A DNA stretch of 64,000 bases from contig CAZUKA010000002.1 of the NCBI GenBank assembly GCA_964620905.1, positions 25,496 to 89,495 on the forward strand. Reading direction: 5' to 3'. The notes beneath the pieces were generated by a model, which did not search any database, was not told the DNA's origin, and was given only the letters and a program-made list of their open reading frames with translations. The position numbers and the translations under genes are program-made. Below are positions 10,925-18,534 of this stretch, in pieces (positions within the stretch are counted from its first letter, which is position 1; each line of letters starts with the position of its first letter). Source of the DNA: an uncultured Gammaproteobacteria bacterium. GTDB taxonomy: Bacteria > Patescibacteriota > Patescibacteriia > S139-126.

Positions 10925-11638
10925 ATGAAAAAGCATGAGACATCGGTCCTGACCGCTGGTCAGATGAAAGAGCTTTCCAGTGCTATATTGGAAGCAATCC
11001 CTGCCAATTTACCAACCAGTACTGCCCAGTACTGGATAGGCAACAAAAAAAAGTTGCAAAAAATTTTACGTGAAGCACTTGGCGTTCAACCTTTTTTTGA
11101 TTATCTTGCCGACTGGCAAGATTTCTACCGGGATGTGTTTAACCTGGAGTTTGATTTTTCTGAAATCTCTATTCCTGATAAAAAATCAGGTTTTGACAGA
11201 TTAATAATTGTTGCTCCCGGCATGACACCCCAAGTCTTATTCAATAAATGTTCCGAGTTGTTTTCAACTTGGAAATACACTGATAAATCTTTGGATGAGG
11301 TAATAACCTCTGACCGCACTTCTGCAAACGGCGCTTATGCCGTCTGGTTCCGCGATAGAGTGGAAGCAGATGAGGAGATGAAAAACATCTACGCCAATCA
11401 GCTTAAAAAGCAAAAAGTAATCAGCATTACCTTAGAAGAACGTCTCTTAATGGAACTTAAGTTCTATCAAGAGACTGGGAAACATTTAGATGTTTCCAAT
11501 ATTACTTTATGTGCAGGTTCTCGCCATGACGGCGGCAACGTCCCGGGCGTCGACTGGCTCGATAGTGAGCTCGAGGTCAGCTGGTATGACCCTGACAATC
11601 AGCACGACGATCTGCGTTGTCGTGTAGCAGTGGTCTAA
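10925..11638 (+). CDS. DGR variable (target) protein, 237 aa, VR in the C-terminal 38 codons
   Basis: The last ~118 nt of the CDS are a GC-rich repeat of the TR. Variable positions fall in codons corresponding to TR AAC/AAT/AAG/GAC. C-terminus WYDPDNQHDDLRCRVAVV. Confidence 0.85.
   Translation: MKKHETSVLTAGQMKELSSAILEAIPANLPTSTAQYWIGNKKKLQKILREALGVQPFFDYLADWQDFYRDVFNLEFDFSEISIPDKKSGFDRLIIVAPGMTPQVLFNKCSELFSTWKYTDKSLDEVITSDRTSANGAYAVWFRDRVEADEEMKNIYANQLKKQKVISITLEERLLMELKFYQETGKHLDVSNITLCAGSRHDGGNVPGVDWLDSELEVSWYDPDNQHDDLRCRVAVV
11515..11632 (+). repeat. DGR variable repeat (VR)
   Basis: Aligned by eye to 11900-12017. It differs only where the TR has A. Confidence 0.85.
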
Positions 11639-11658
11639 CTCTTTTCTTTTCTCTCTTT

Positions 11659-11690
11659 AACCCTTTCATAAAAATGAAAGGGTTTTAATT
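11659..11690 (+). terminator. hairpin/terminator ~25 nt downstream of VR (aaccctttcat-aaaaa-tgaaagggtt + T-rich)
   Basis: 10-bp perfect stem. The position matches the stem-loop commonly found downstream of DGR VRs. Confidence 0.6.
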
Positions 11691-11899
11691 TATGTAAAAA
11701 TATTTTATATTGTTTAAGGCTGTAAAATCGATTTCGCAGATGCGGGATAACGATTTGCCGTTTTTTTTAGACACTGCTTGTCTGTTTTTGATAAAGATGT
11801 ATAAGATACTACTTTATAAAAAAAGTCCGAACTCGCGTCGGTTAACTCAGATAACTTTGTTAAAGGTTGTCGGTGTAAGGGATGAAAACAGGCAAAATA

Positions 11900-12017
11900 A
11901 GGTTCTCGCAATGACGACGACAACGTCCCGAACGTCAACTGGAACGATAGTAAGCTCAAGGTCAACTGGTATAACCCTGACAATCAGAACGACAATCTGC
12001 GTTGTCGTGTAGAAGTG
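11900..12017 (+). repeat. DGR template repeat (TR), non-coding, Asn-codon (AAC) rich
   Basis: Translated in the VR frame it reads RNDDDNVPNVNWNDSKLKVNWYNPDNQNDNLRCRV. 7 AAC codons, 6 of them diversified in the VR. Confidence 0.85.
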
Positions 12018-12023
12018 TCTTTT

Positions 12024-12050
12024 AAACCCGCTCTTTATTGGAGCGGGTTT
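12024..12050 (+). other. GC-rich hairpin immediately 3' of TR (aaacccgctc-tttattg-gagcgggttt)
   Basis: 10-bp stem. It overlaps the stop of the minus-strand Avd-like ORF. Confidence 0.5.
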
Positions 12051-12390
12051 ATTTATAAAGAGATTTTATCCAACCATTAGTCATTTTTGACATTTCTTGC
12101 AAAATGGAGATTAATTCTAGATATTGTTTTTGGGAAATAATTGTTAGTTCTTGGCAAATTCTTAGTAATCGTTTTGTAATTTCAATATTAATTCGTGATT
12201 TTTCTAAAATATTAATCTTGGTTGATTTGTTTGACAGAGCGGCTTCAATCAGTAGAGTAATAATGTTTAAACATATGTTTTCAATTTTAAGAAAAATTCC
12301 CAACTTATCTTTTTTTGCTAGTCTGGATGAAATTTGGTATATTTTTTTATATAATTCAAAACTTCTATGTACCAACGGCACATTTTGCAA
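12049..12390 (-). CDS. Avd-like accessory variability determinant (four-helix-bundle protein, 23S-rRNA-IVS protein family)
   Basis: 113 aa amphipathic helical protein. Pattern (HRSFELYKKIYQIS...IENICLNIITLLIEAALSNKS...LEKSRINIEITKRLLRICQEL...MTNGWIKSLYK) matches the PF05635/TIGR02436 family that includes DGR Avd. It is encoded antiparallel to TR and RT. The start is TTG or GTG; there is no ATG. Confidence 0.65.
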   Translation of the reverse strand: MQNVPLVHRSFELYKKIYQISSRLAKKDKLGIFLKIENICLNIITLLIEAALSNKSTKINILEKSRINIEITKRLLRICQELTIISQKQYLELISILQEMSKMTNGWIKSLYK

Positions 12391-13432
12391 AAACTCGTCG
12401 GGGGGGGGGATTAAAGGACATAATTTATTTGAGCAAATTATTAGTTTAGATAATTTGTTTTGCGCCTGGCGCGAGTTTCAGTGCGGAAAAATGAAAAAAC
12501 CCGATGTGCGTGAGTTTGCTTTTGCTTTGGAAGATAATATTTTTTCCTTGCACGACGAATTAAAAAATAAAACTTACCGACACTCTCATTATACTTCATT
12601 TTATGTATCTGACCCAAAGCTAAGGCATATTCATAAGGCCTGTGTCAGGGACAGGGTATTGCACCATGCGATATTTAGAGTTTTATATCCTGTGTTTGAT
12701 AAGTCATTTATTTTTGATTCTTATTCCTGTCGGTTAAAAAAAGGCACGCACAGGGCAGTTGATAGGTTAGAGAGATTTTGCCTTATGGTCAGTCAGAATA
12801 ATAATTACAACTTTTACTATCTAAAATGTGATATTAAGAAATTTTTTGTTTCGGTTGATCAGGAGATTTTAGTTTGTCTTATCAAGAAAAAAATTGTTGA
12901 TCCAGACGCACTCTGGTTGATACAAGAAATTACTAATAGTTTTCAGACTAGCAATAACAAAGGATTACCGTTGGGTAATGTCACTAGCCAGCTTTTAGCT
13001 AACATTTATTTAAACAAACTTGATCAGTTTATAAAACATCAGCTAAAGGCTAAATATTATCTCAGATATTGCGATGATTTTTTGCTATTATCACCTGATA
13101 AAAATTTATTGGTTGATTATGTCGGGTTGATTGATGATTTTTTACAGAACCATTTAAAACTCAATCTCCATCCTGACAAAATAATCATAAAAAAATACAA
13201 CCAGGGAATTGACTGGTTGGGCTATGTGGTTTTGCCGCATTACCGGCTACTGCGCACCAAAACCAGGCACAGGATTATTGAGCGGATTAAGAATAAACAA
13301 AGAGATTTTAAGTCAGGAGTTGTCAGTCAAGAGCATTTTTGCCAGTCAGTCCAGTCGTATCTGGGAGTGCTTGAGCATTGTTCCGGGTATAAAATAGAGC
13401 GAGAGATGCTGCGCCTTGTGAGTAATGATTAG
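12367..13432 (+). CDS. DGR-type reverse transcriptase (frame interrupted by the G10 tract at 12400-12409 in this assembly)
   Basis: RT motifs: CRLKKGTHRAV (motif 2), YYLKCDIKKFF (motif 3/A), GLPLGNVTSQLLANIY (motif 4 with DGR-specific SQ), RYCDDFLLL (motif 5/C, YxDD), LGYVV (motif 6). The co-linear frame is open from 12104 but its first ATG is at 12491, inside the conserved N-terminal region. The ATG at 12367 is in frame only if the G-run is 9 rather than 10. Confidence 0.85.
12400..12409. repeat. G10 homopolymer at the 5' end of the RT gene / 5' UTR of the Avd-like gene
   Basis: Ten consecutive G in a ~35 % GC genome. It sits 31 nt after the ATG at 12367 and 10 nt upstream of the minus-strand Avd-like start. 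Confidence 0.8.
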
Positions 13433-13503
13433 ATTTTATTGACAAGGTTGGTATTTTTTATTAAACTTGGAAAAATATTTGTACCTAAAAAAATGGAGAG
13501 AAA

Positions 13504-13806
13504 ATGAACAATTTAGAAAAATTGATTTTTAAGATCAATCAACAGCAGACGGTTTTTAAAATAGAGCATGAACAAATAACCAATAGTCTTATATTGACTA
13601 TTAGTGTTAATAAAACCGACAAAGAAGATTTAAAAAAATTACTCAAAAAAATAAGAAAGAATTACCAGTGTGAAAATCTCACCGGCACAAATGAGCCAAC
13701 CTCACCTGTTTTTGGTCAAAATACCAATCTAGCTATTTACAGTTTAATTTTTCATTCGCAAAAAGAAATAGAAAAAGTCATTAAATTTATCGGGACTCAT
13801 TGTTGA
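13504..13806 (+). CDS. hypothetical protein (100 aa)
   Basis: ORF with a GGAGAG RBS and an upstream TTGACA box, followed by the hairpin gggactcattgttgagtccc. Confidence 0.45.
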   Translation: MNNLEKLIFKINQQQTVFKIEHEQITNSLILTISVNKTDKEDLKKLLKKIRKNYQCENLTGTNEPTSPVFGQNTNLAIYSLIFHSQKEIEKVIKFIGTHC

Positions 13807-13825
13807 GTCCCGTTTCGATGTGTTG

Positions 13826-13860
13826 GAAATAAAATAAAAAAGACACTATATTACTGTCTT
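13826..13860 (-). terminator. rho-independent terminator for the ychF-yfiH minus-strand unit
   Basis: Hairpin agacactatattactgtct preceded on plus by an A-run (T-run on minus). Confidence 0.55.
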
Positions 13861-13897
13861 ACATAGTGTTGTTTTTTTTCCGACTTAGTTTTTTATT

Positions 13898-14653
13898 TTA
13901 TCTATCAAACCCAATAATAGAAGCAAATCTTCCTTGATCTTTTAAACCAGCTTTTTTATCACGATAGTGAGAAAAAAATTTTTTATCATGGCCGGTACAA
14001 ATATTACTTGTGAATAAATTCTGTGGTTGAATTCCGGATGCTAATAATTGTTTGGTAATATATTTTATATTATCAATATGATATAAACCTGATTGATCTT
14101 GCTTTAAATAAGGTTGCCAGTTTTCCTTTGTTAAAACTTCATGATCAGGGTAAGCATAACAACAATCATGTAGGGCCGGACCAATACCAATTAGTAGATT
14201 CATCGGATCAGAATGAAAATTATTTTTGAACGCATCAATAACTTTGATAGGTAAAGCAAGGTCGGTATTACGCCAACCGCAATGAGCTAAGCCCACTGCT
14301 TTATAAATTGGATCAAATATTAATAGCGAAGCACAGTCGGCAACGATATGAAATATAAATAAATTTGGTTGATTGGTAATTAGGGCGTCAGCTTTAAGTT
14401 TATAGTCATTATTTAAAATACTACCATCAGCTTCATTGGTAGTTACAATTAAAATTTTATCATTGTGTTCAAGTTGTGTTGTTACAACTTGCGAGGGTTT
14501 AATATTATACAATTTTAGAAAATTGATCCGATTATTCTGTACAGTCCTGGTCTTACCCCAGCGGAAAGACATATTACCTTCATTGACTGTTGAAAAGGCA
14601 TGAATAAATTTAGTCAGTTTATTCAATTCTTTTATTTGGTAAAGCATAATCAA
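13898..14653 (-). CDS. YfiH/PgeF family (laccase-domain, DUF152) protein
   Basis: Conserved HCGWRN motif and 251-aa length typical of the family. Confidence 0.75.
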   Translation of the reverse strand: MIMLYQIKELNKLTKFIHAFSTVNEGNMSFRWGKTRTVQNNRINFLKLYNIKPSQVVTTQLEHNDKILIVTTNEADGSILNNDYKLKADALITNQPNLFIFHIVADCASLLIFDPIYKAVGLAHCGWRNTDLALPIKVIDAFKNNFHSDPMNLLIGIGPALHDCCYAYPDHEVLTKENWQPYLKQDQSGLYHIDNIKYITKQLLASGIQPQNLFTSNICTGHDKKFFSHYRDKKAGLKDQGRFASIIGFDR

Positions 14654-15714
14654 ACACTAAATCGAAAATGCATCACATCCCCGTCTTGTACCACATAGTC
14701 CTTGCCTTCCAGTCGTAGTTTGCCAGCTTCACGTGCTCCCAATTCACCCTGGTAAACAACAAAATCATTATAAGAAATAGTTTCTGCTCTGATAAAACCG
14801 TGCTCAAAGTCTGTATGAATTACTCCCGCTGCTTGGGGGGCTTTGGTGCCAGCCGTTACTGTCCAAGCGCGGGATTCTTTGGGACCAGAGGTAAAATAAG
14901 TGATTAAGTTTAGAATTTGATAACTAGCATTAATCAATTTATCAAGTCCGGTTTCTTTAATACCACTGTCTGCTAAATATTTTCTCATTTCTTCATCAGT
15001 TAATTCAGTCAGATCAGCCTCCAGTTTGGCACAAATTTTTATGGTATTGGGTGGTAAGTTTATTTCCTTACTTATATCCTCTTCGGAAACATTGTAAACA
15101 TAAAGCAGGGGTTTATTGGTCAAGAGATTTAATGATTTAATCATTTTTTTTTCTTCTTCAGAAAATTCTAGGGAACTCACCCAGCGACCCTGTTCTAAAG
15201 ATAATTTTATTTTTTCAAGCAATATTTTTTCTTGATCAAGCAACTTATCGTGAGGCCCTTTCAATTGGGAAATAGTTTTATCTAGACGTTTGTTAACTGT
15301 TTCTAGATCAGCGAAGACCAGTTCCAAATTGATAGTCTCTTTGTCAGCTTCTGGATCAATTTTACCATTTACATGAATAATATTTGAGTCAGAAAAATTT
15401 CTCACTACTTCTACGATCGCATCAACTTCTCTGATATGAGATAAGAATTTATTGCCCAAACCCTCACCTTTGTGAGCGTCTTTAACTAAACCAGCAATAT
15501 CCACAAATTCAATTATGGTCGGTATGGTTTTTTGTGACTTAGAAATTTCAGTTAATTTGTTTAAACGTTGATCAGGAACTTCTACTACGCCGACATTGGG
15601 GTCAATTGTACAGAAAGGATAATTTTGCGCATCAGCTTGGTTTCTGGTCAAGGCGTTAAACAAGGTTGATTTGCCGACATTAGGTAGGCCGACAATTCCG
15701 ATTTGGAAGGACAT
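14650..15714 (-). CDS. ychF: ribosome-binding ATPase YchF
   Basis: GIVGLPNVGKSTLFNALT G1 motif, TGS-like C-terminus (DGDVMHFRF), 354 aa. Confidence 0.9.
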   Translation of the reverse strand: MSFQIGIVGLPNVGKSTLFNALTRNQADAQNYPFCTIDPNVGVVEVPDQRLNKLTEISKSQKTIPTIIEFVDIAGLVKDAHKGEGLGNKFLSHIREVDAIVEVVRNFSDSNIIHVNGKIDPEADKETINLELVFADLETVNKRLDKTISQLKGPHDKLLDQEKILLEKIKLSLEQGRWVSSLEFSEEEKKMIKSLNLLTNKPLLYVYNVSEEDISKEINLPPNTIKICAKLEADLTELTDEEMRKYLADSGIKETGLDKLINASYQILNLITYFTSGPKESRAWTVTAGTKAPQAAGVIHTDFEHGFIRAETISYNDFVVYQGELGAREAGKLRLEGKDYVVQDGDVMHFRFSV

Positions 15715-15850
15715 ATTGATGGGCTAATGAATTATAAATTTTAAATTTTAAATTATAAATCAATTTTTAAATTTTTAATTTTATAAATAAATCCAAATTT
15801 TTAAACGTTTAAAAATTATTTAAAAATTCAAAAATTACAAAATTAAAAAT
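15715..15850. repeat. AT-rich low-complexity tract with taaatttt-type microrepeats in a divergent promoter region
   Basis: aattataaattttaaattttaaattataaatcaatttttaaatttttaattttataaa. Similar tracts occur at 58590-58680 and 59920-59950. Confidence 0.6.
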
Positions 15851-15998
15851 TAATAACCGAGTCCAAGTAGGTAATTGTGTGGTTAGTATCGCCCGGTAGT
15901 CCCGGTAATTCATATTTCCATTCGGAGGTAATTGTAGCGGCAAATATATTATCAGTCAATTGGCTAGTAAATAATATTTACTATGCTAAAATTATTAT

Positions 15999-16334
15999 AT
16001 GTCAAAATATTTTTATATTTTTATAGTTGTATTGATGAGTGCGTTTGGTGTCTGGGGAGACTATTTTATAAAACTTTCCGGCAATACTCAGAAATATATT
16101 TTGGTCAAATGGTTTATTATAGGTTTGCTGATCTATTCATTTTCAGCATTTGGATGGTTTTTTGTCATGAAACATATCAAATTGTCTACCTTGGGAGTTT
16201 ACTACGCTTTAACCACAGTTATTTTGTTGGTAGGGGTTGGCGTGGTTGTATTTAAAGAAACGCTAAACGTATTTGAAGTTATTGGCGTATTGTTAGCGGT
16301 AGCTTCGTTGATACTTTTGGCTCGTTTTACCTGA
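15999..16334 (+). CDS. small 4-TM membrane protein, SMR/ArnE-like (DMT superfamily)
   Basis: 111 aa, four predicted TM helices, length and topology typical of SMR/ArnE proteins. Confidence 0.55.
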   Translation: MSKYFYIFIVVLMSAFGVWGDYFIKLSGNTQKYILVKWFIIGLLIYSFSAFGWFFVMKHIKLSTLGVYYALTTVILLVGVGVVVFKETLNVFEVIGVLLAVASLILLARFT

Positions 16335-16395
16335 GTAAGTTATTTGTTTATTGTTCAATAAATTGTTATAATTAATCTCGCTATTAATCAAATTT

Positions 16396-16644
16396 ATGAT
16401 CACCAAAGAATTTTTCAATCATCTGACCAAAACGATTGACGCGGTATTTTGGGGATTGTTTTTGCAAGGTGTTACTTTATTTTTACTGGCACTGCTTATA
16501 TTTATTTTTCCTAAAGCTTTGATAGTCTTGGCAGTAGTATTTTTCTTGTGGTTGTCATTTATATCATTGTTACTGGCATATCGGGTCTGGAGTTCAAAAA
16601 AGAAATATCATAAGTATTGGCGTTGGTTGGAAGACAAAAAATGA
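16396..16644 (+). CDS. small membrane protein (82 aa), hypothetical
   Basis: Two hydrophobic helices. It abuts the next gene. Confidence 0.45.
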   Translation: MITKEFFNHLTKTIDAVFWGLFLQGVTLFLLALLIFIFPKALIVLAVVFFLWLSFISLLLAYRVWSSKKKYHKYWRWLEDKK

Positions 16645-16645
16645 T

Positions 16646-17428
16646 ATGGGTAAAAAAATAGTTTTTGATTTGGAAACAAAAAAAACTTTTGAGGAAGTCG
16701 GTGGGCACCAAAATGCCCATCTTTTAGGTATGTCGGTCTGTGGAGTGTATGATTATGAGTCAGGCAAGTACCGGGCATATAGAGAATCAAATATTAAAGA
16801 ATTGGAAGATTTATTTAGACAAGCGGAGTTGTTGATCGGATTTAATTCCAAACATTTTGACAATACGGTTTTACAACCTTATTTTAATTTTGATTTAAAA
16901 ATTTTGCCGCATTTGGATATTTTGGAAGAAGTAGTCAAAAAATTGGGTTTTCGTATTCGTTTGGAAAGCTTAGCACAGAGTACTTTGCTGTCCGGTAAAT
17001 CTGGTAGTGGATTGGATGCTATCAATTATTATCGCAGCAACAATTGGGATAAGTTGATAAAATATTGTTTGGATGATGTACGGGTTACTAAAAATTTGTA
17101 CGAATACGGTCAAAGACACGGTCGGCTCTGGTATTCGTCCAGCGGTAAATTGGTACCGTTTGTTGCTTCCTGGGGAGAATCACCCACAATTGTTGATATA
17201 TTAAAAAACGCTCTTCGTAAACACGAGCAGGTGGAAGTTGAATATTTACATCCAGTTGAAAATAACGTCCATCAACTTACCAAGCAACTTGATTTACGAG
17301 AAGTTGATCAGGAAAAAATAAAAGCTTATGATATAACTGACAAAATAGAAAGAGTTTTTGTTGTTGCCAGAGTTTTGTCAGTAAAAGTTGTTGGGGAAAT
17401 GTCATCCTTTCAGCCCTCGCTGTTTTAA
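16646..17428 (+). CDS. 3'-5' exonuclease, DEDDy (DnaQ-like/RNase D-like) family
   Basis: IVFDLETKK (Exo I), FNSKHFD (Exo II-like), YCLDDV (Y-x3-D Exo III). Confidence 0.6.
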   Translation: MGKKIVFDLETKKTFEEVGGHQNAHLLGMSVCGVYDYESGKYRAYRESNIKELEDLFRQAELLIGFNSKHFDNTVLQPYFNFDLKILPHLDILEEVVKKLGFRIRLESLAQSTLLSGKSGSGLDAINYYRSNNWDKLIKYCLDDVRVTKNLYEYGQRHGRLWYSSSGKLVPFVASWGESPTIVDILKNALRKHEQVEVEYLHPVENNVHQLTKQLDLREVDQEKIKAYDITDKIERVFVVARVLSVKVVGEMSSFQPSLF

Positions 17429-17454
17429 TTTTATTTTTTTGTTATGATTAGAAT

Positions 17455-18534
17455 ATGAAAACTATTGGTATTATTTGTGGCGGTCGCAGCACTGAACACG
17501 AAATTTCTCTGCAATCAGCCAAAAACATATTGCAAGCACTTCCAGCTGATAAATATCAGGCGGTGCTTTTAGGTATAGATAAAATGGGCAATTGGCGACT
17601 TTATGATAGTCAGACCGCATTTATCAATACCGATGATCACAAAGCCATAGCTTTATCCGATCAAGGCATAAATATTGCTCTCAGTCAGGGTGGAGAGATA
17701 ATTGGTTTAGTTGATGGTCAAATAATAAATCAGTTGGATGTGGTTTTTCCGGTAGTCCATGGTACTGGCGGAGAAGATGGAACTCTACAAGGATTATTGC
17801 AAATGTTGGATATACCTTATGTTGGTCCAGGAGTTTTGTCATCAGCTGTTTGCATGGATAAAGATTTTGCCAAAAAAATTTTGGTAGGCAATAATTTGCC
17901 AGTAGTGCCCTATCGGGTGTATTTTACCACAGCAACTGCAATTGCTGATTTTGAAATATTGGTCAAAGATTTATCCTTACCTTTTTTTGTTAAACCTTCT
18001 GCTCAAGGATCATCTGTTGGTATTCATAAGGTTAGTGATTTTAAAGATTTTCAAACAGCTATCAAAGACGCTTTTCAGTTTGATAGCAAAATTTTGGTAG
18101 AGAAGTTTATTCGCGGACGAGAGGTAGAATGTTCTGTGTTGGGTAATGATCAACCCCGAGCATCACTTCCCGGGGAGATTATACCGCAACATGAGTTTTA
18201 TTCTTATGAAGCAAAATATCTTGATGATCAAGGCGCAGTTTTGGTTGCGCCGGCGCAACTGACCGATATTCAAGTTAAAAAAATTCAAGATTTGGCCGTA
18301 AAAACATTTTTGGCATTGGCGTGCGAGGGCATGGCGCGAGTTGATTTTTTCTTGACGGAAACTGAGATTTTTATCAACGAAATAAATACTATTCCGGGTT
18401 TTACTAAAATCAGTATGTATCCAAGATTGTGGCAGGTGAGCGGTCTGTCTTATAGCGATTTAATCCATGAGTTAATTCAGTTGGCAGTCCAGCGACAACA
18501 AGCTCAGAAAAAAATTAAAACTTCTTATGTTTAA
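17455..18534 (+). CDS. ddl: D-alanine--D-alanine ligase
   Basis: MKTIGIICGGRSTEHEISLQSA N-terminus and ATP-grasp motifs, 359 aa. Confidence 0.9.
   Translation: MKTIGIICGGRSTEHEISLQSAKNILQALPADKYQAVLLGIDKMGNWRLYDSQTAFINTDDHKAIALSDQGINIALSQGGEIIGLVDGQIINQLDVVFPVVHGTGGEDGTLQGLLQMLDIPYVGPGVLSSAVCMDKDFAKKILVGNNLPVVPYRVYFTTATAIADFEILVKDLSLPFFVKPSAQGSSVGIHKVSDFKDFQTAIKDAFQFDSKILVEKFIRGREVECSVLGNDQPRASLPGEIIPQHEFYSYEAKYLDDQGAVLVAPAQLTDIQVKKIQDLAVKTFLALACEGMARVDFFLTETEIFINEINTIPGFTKISMYPRLWQVSGLSYSDLIHELIQLAVQRQQAQKKIKTSYV

Larger units (their letters stand above)
10825..13432 (+). mobile_element. diversity-generating retroelement (DGR): target gene with VR, TR, Avd-like accessory gene, reverse transcriptase
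   Basis: 118-bp VR/TR pair with 15 mismatches, all at TR adenines. Adjacent RT has DGR-type motifs. A four-helix-bundle Avd-like ORF is present. Confidence 0.9.

Noticed and set aside
11710-12012. 100-aa plus-strand ORF and an 89-aa minus-strand ORF (11714-11983) spanning the VR-TR spacer and the TR
   Set aside because: They cover the DGR template repeat and its upstream promoter/terminator region, which is expected to be non-coding RNA template. The TR translation (TTTTSRTSTGT...) is low-complexity. These are artefacts of the repeat.
12104-12366. 5' extension of the RT reading frame (MEINSRYCFWEIIVSSWQ...)
   Set aside because: It is open only because it is antisense to the Avd-like ORF. 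The peptide is junk-like, and the conserved RT N-terminus begins near 12410.
15983-16255. 90-aa ORF overlapping the SMR-like gene in another frame
   Set aside because: The alternative frame (15999-16334) gives a clean 4-TM SMR-type protein; this frame gives a Cys/Tyr-rich nonsense peptide.
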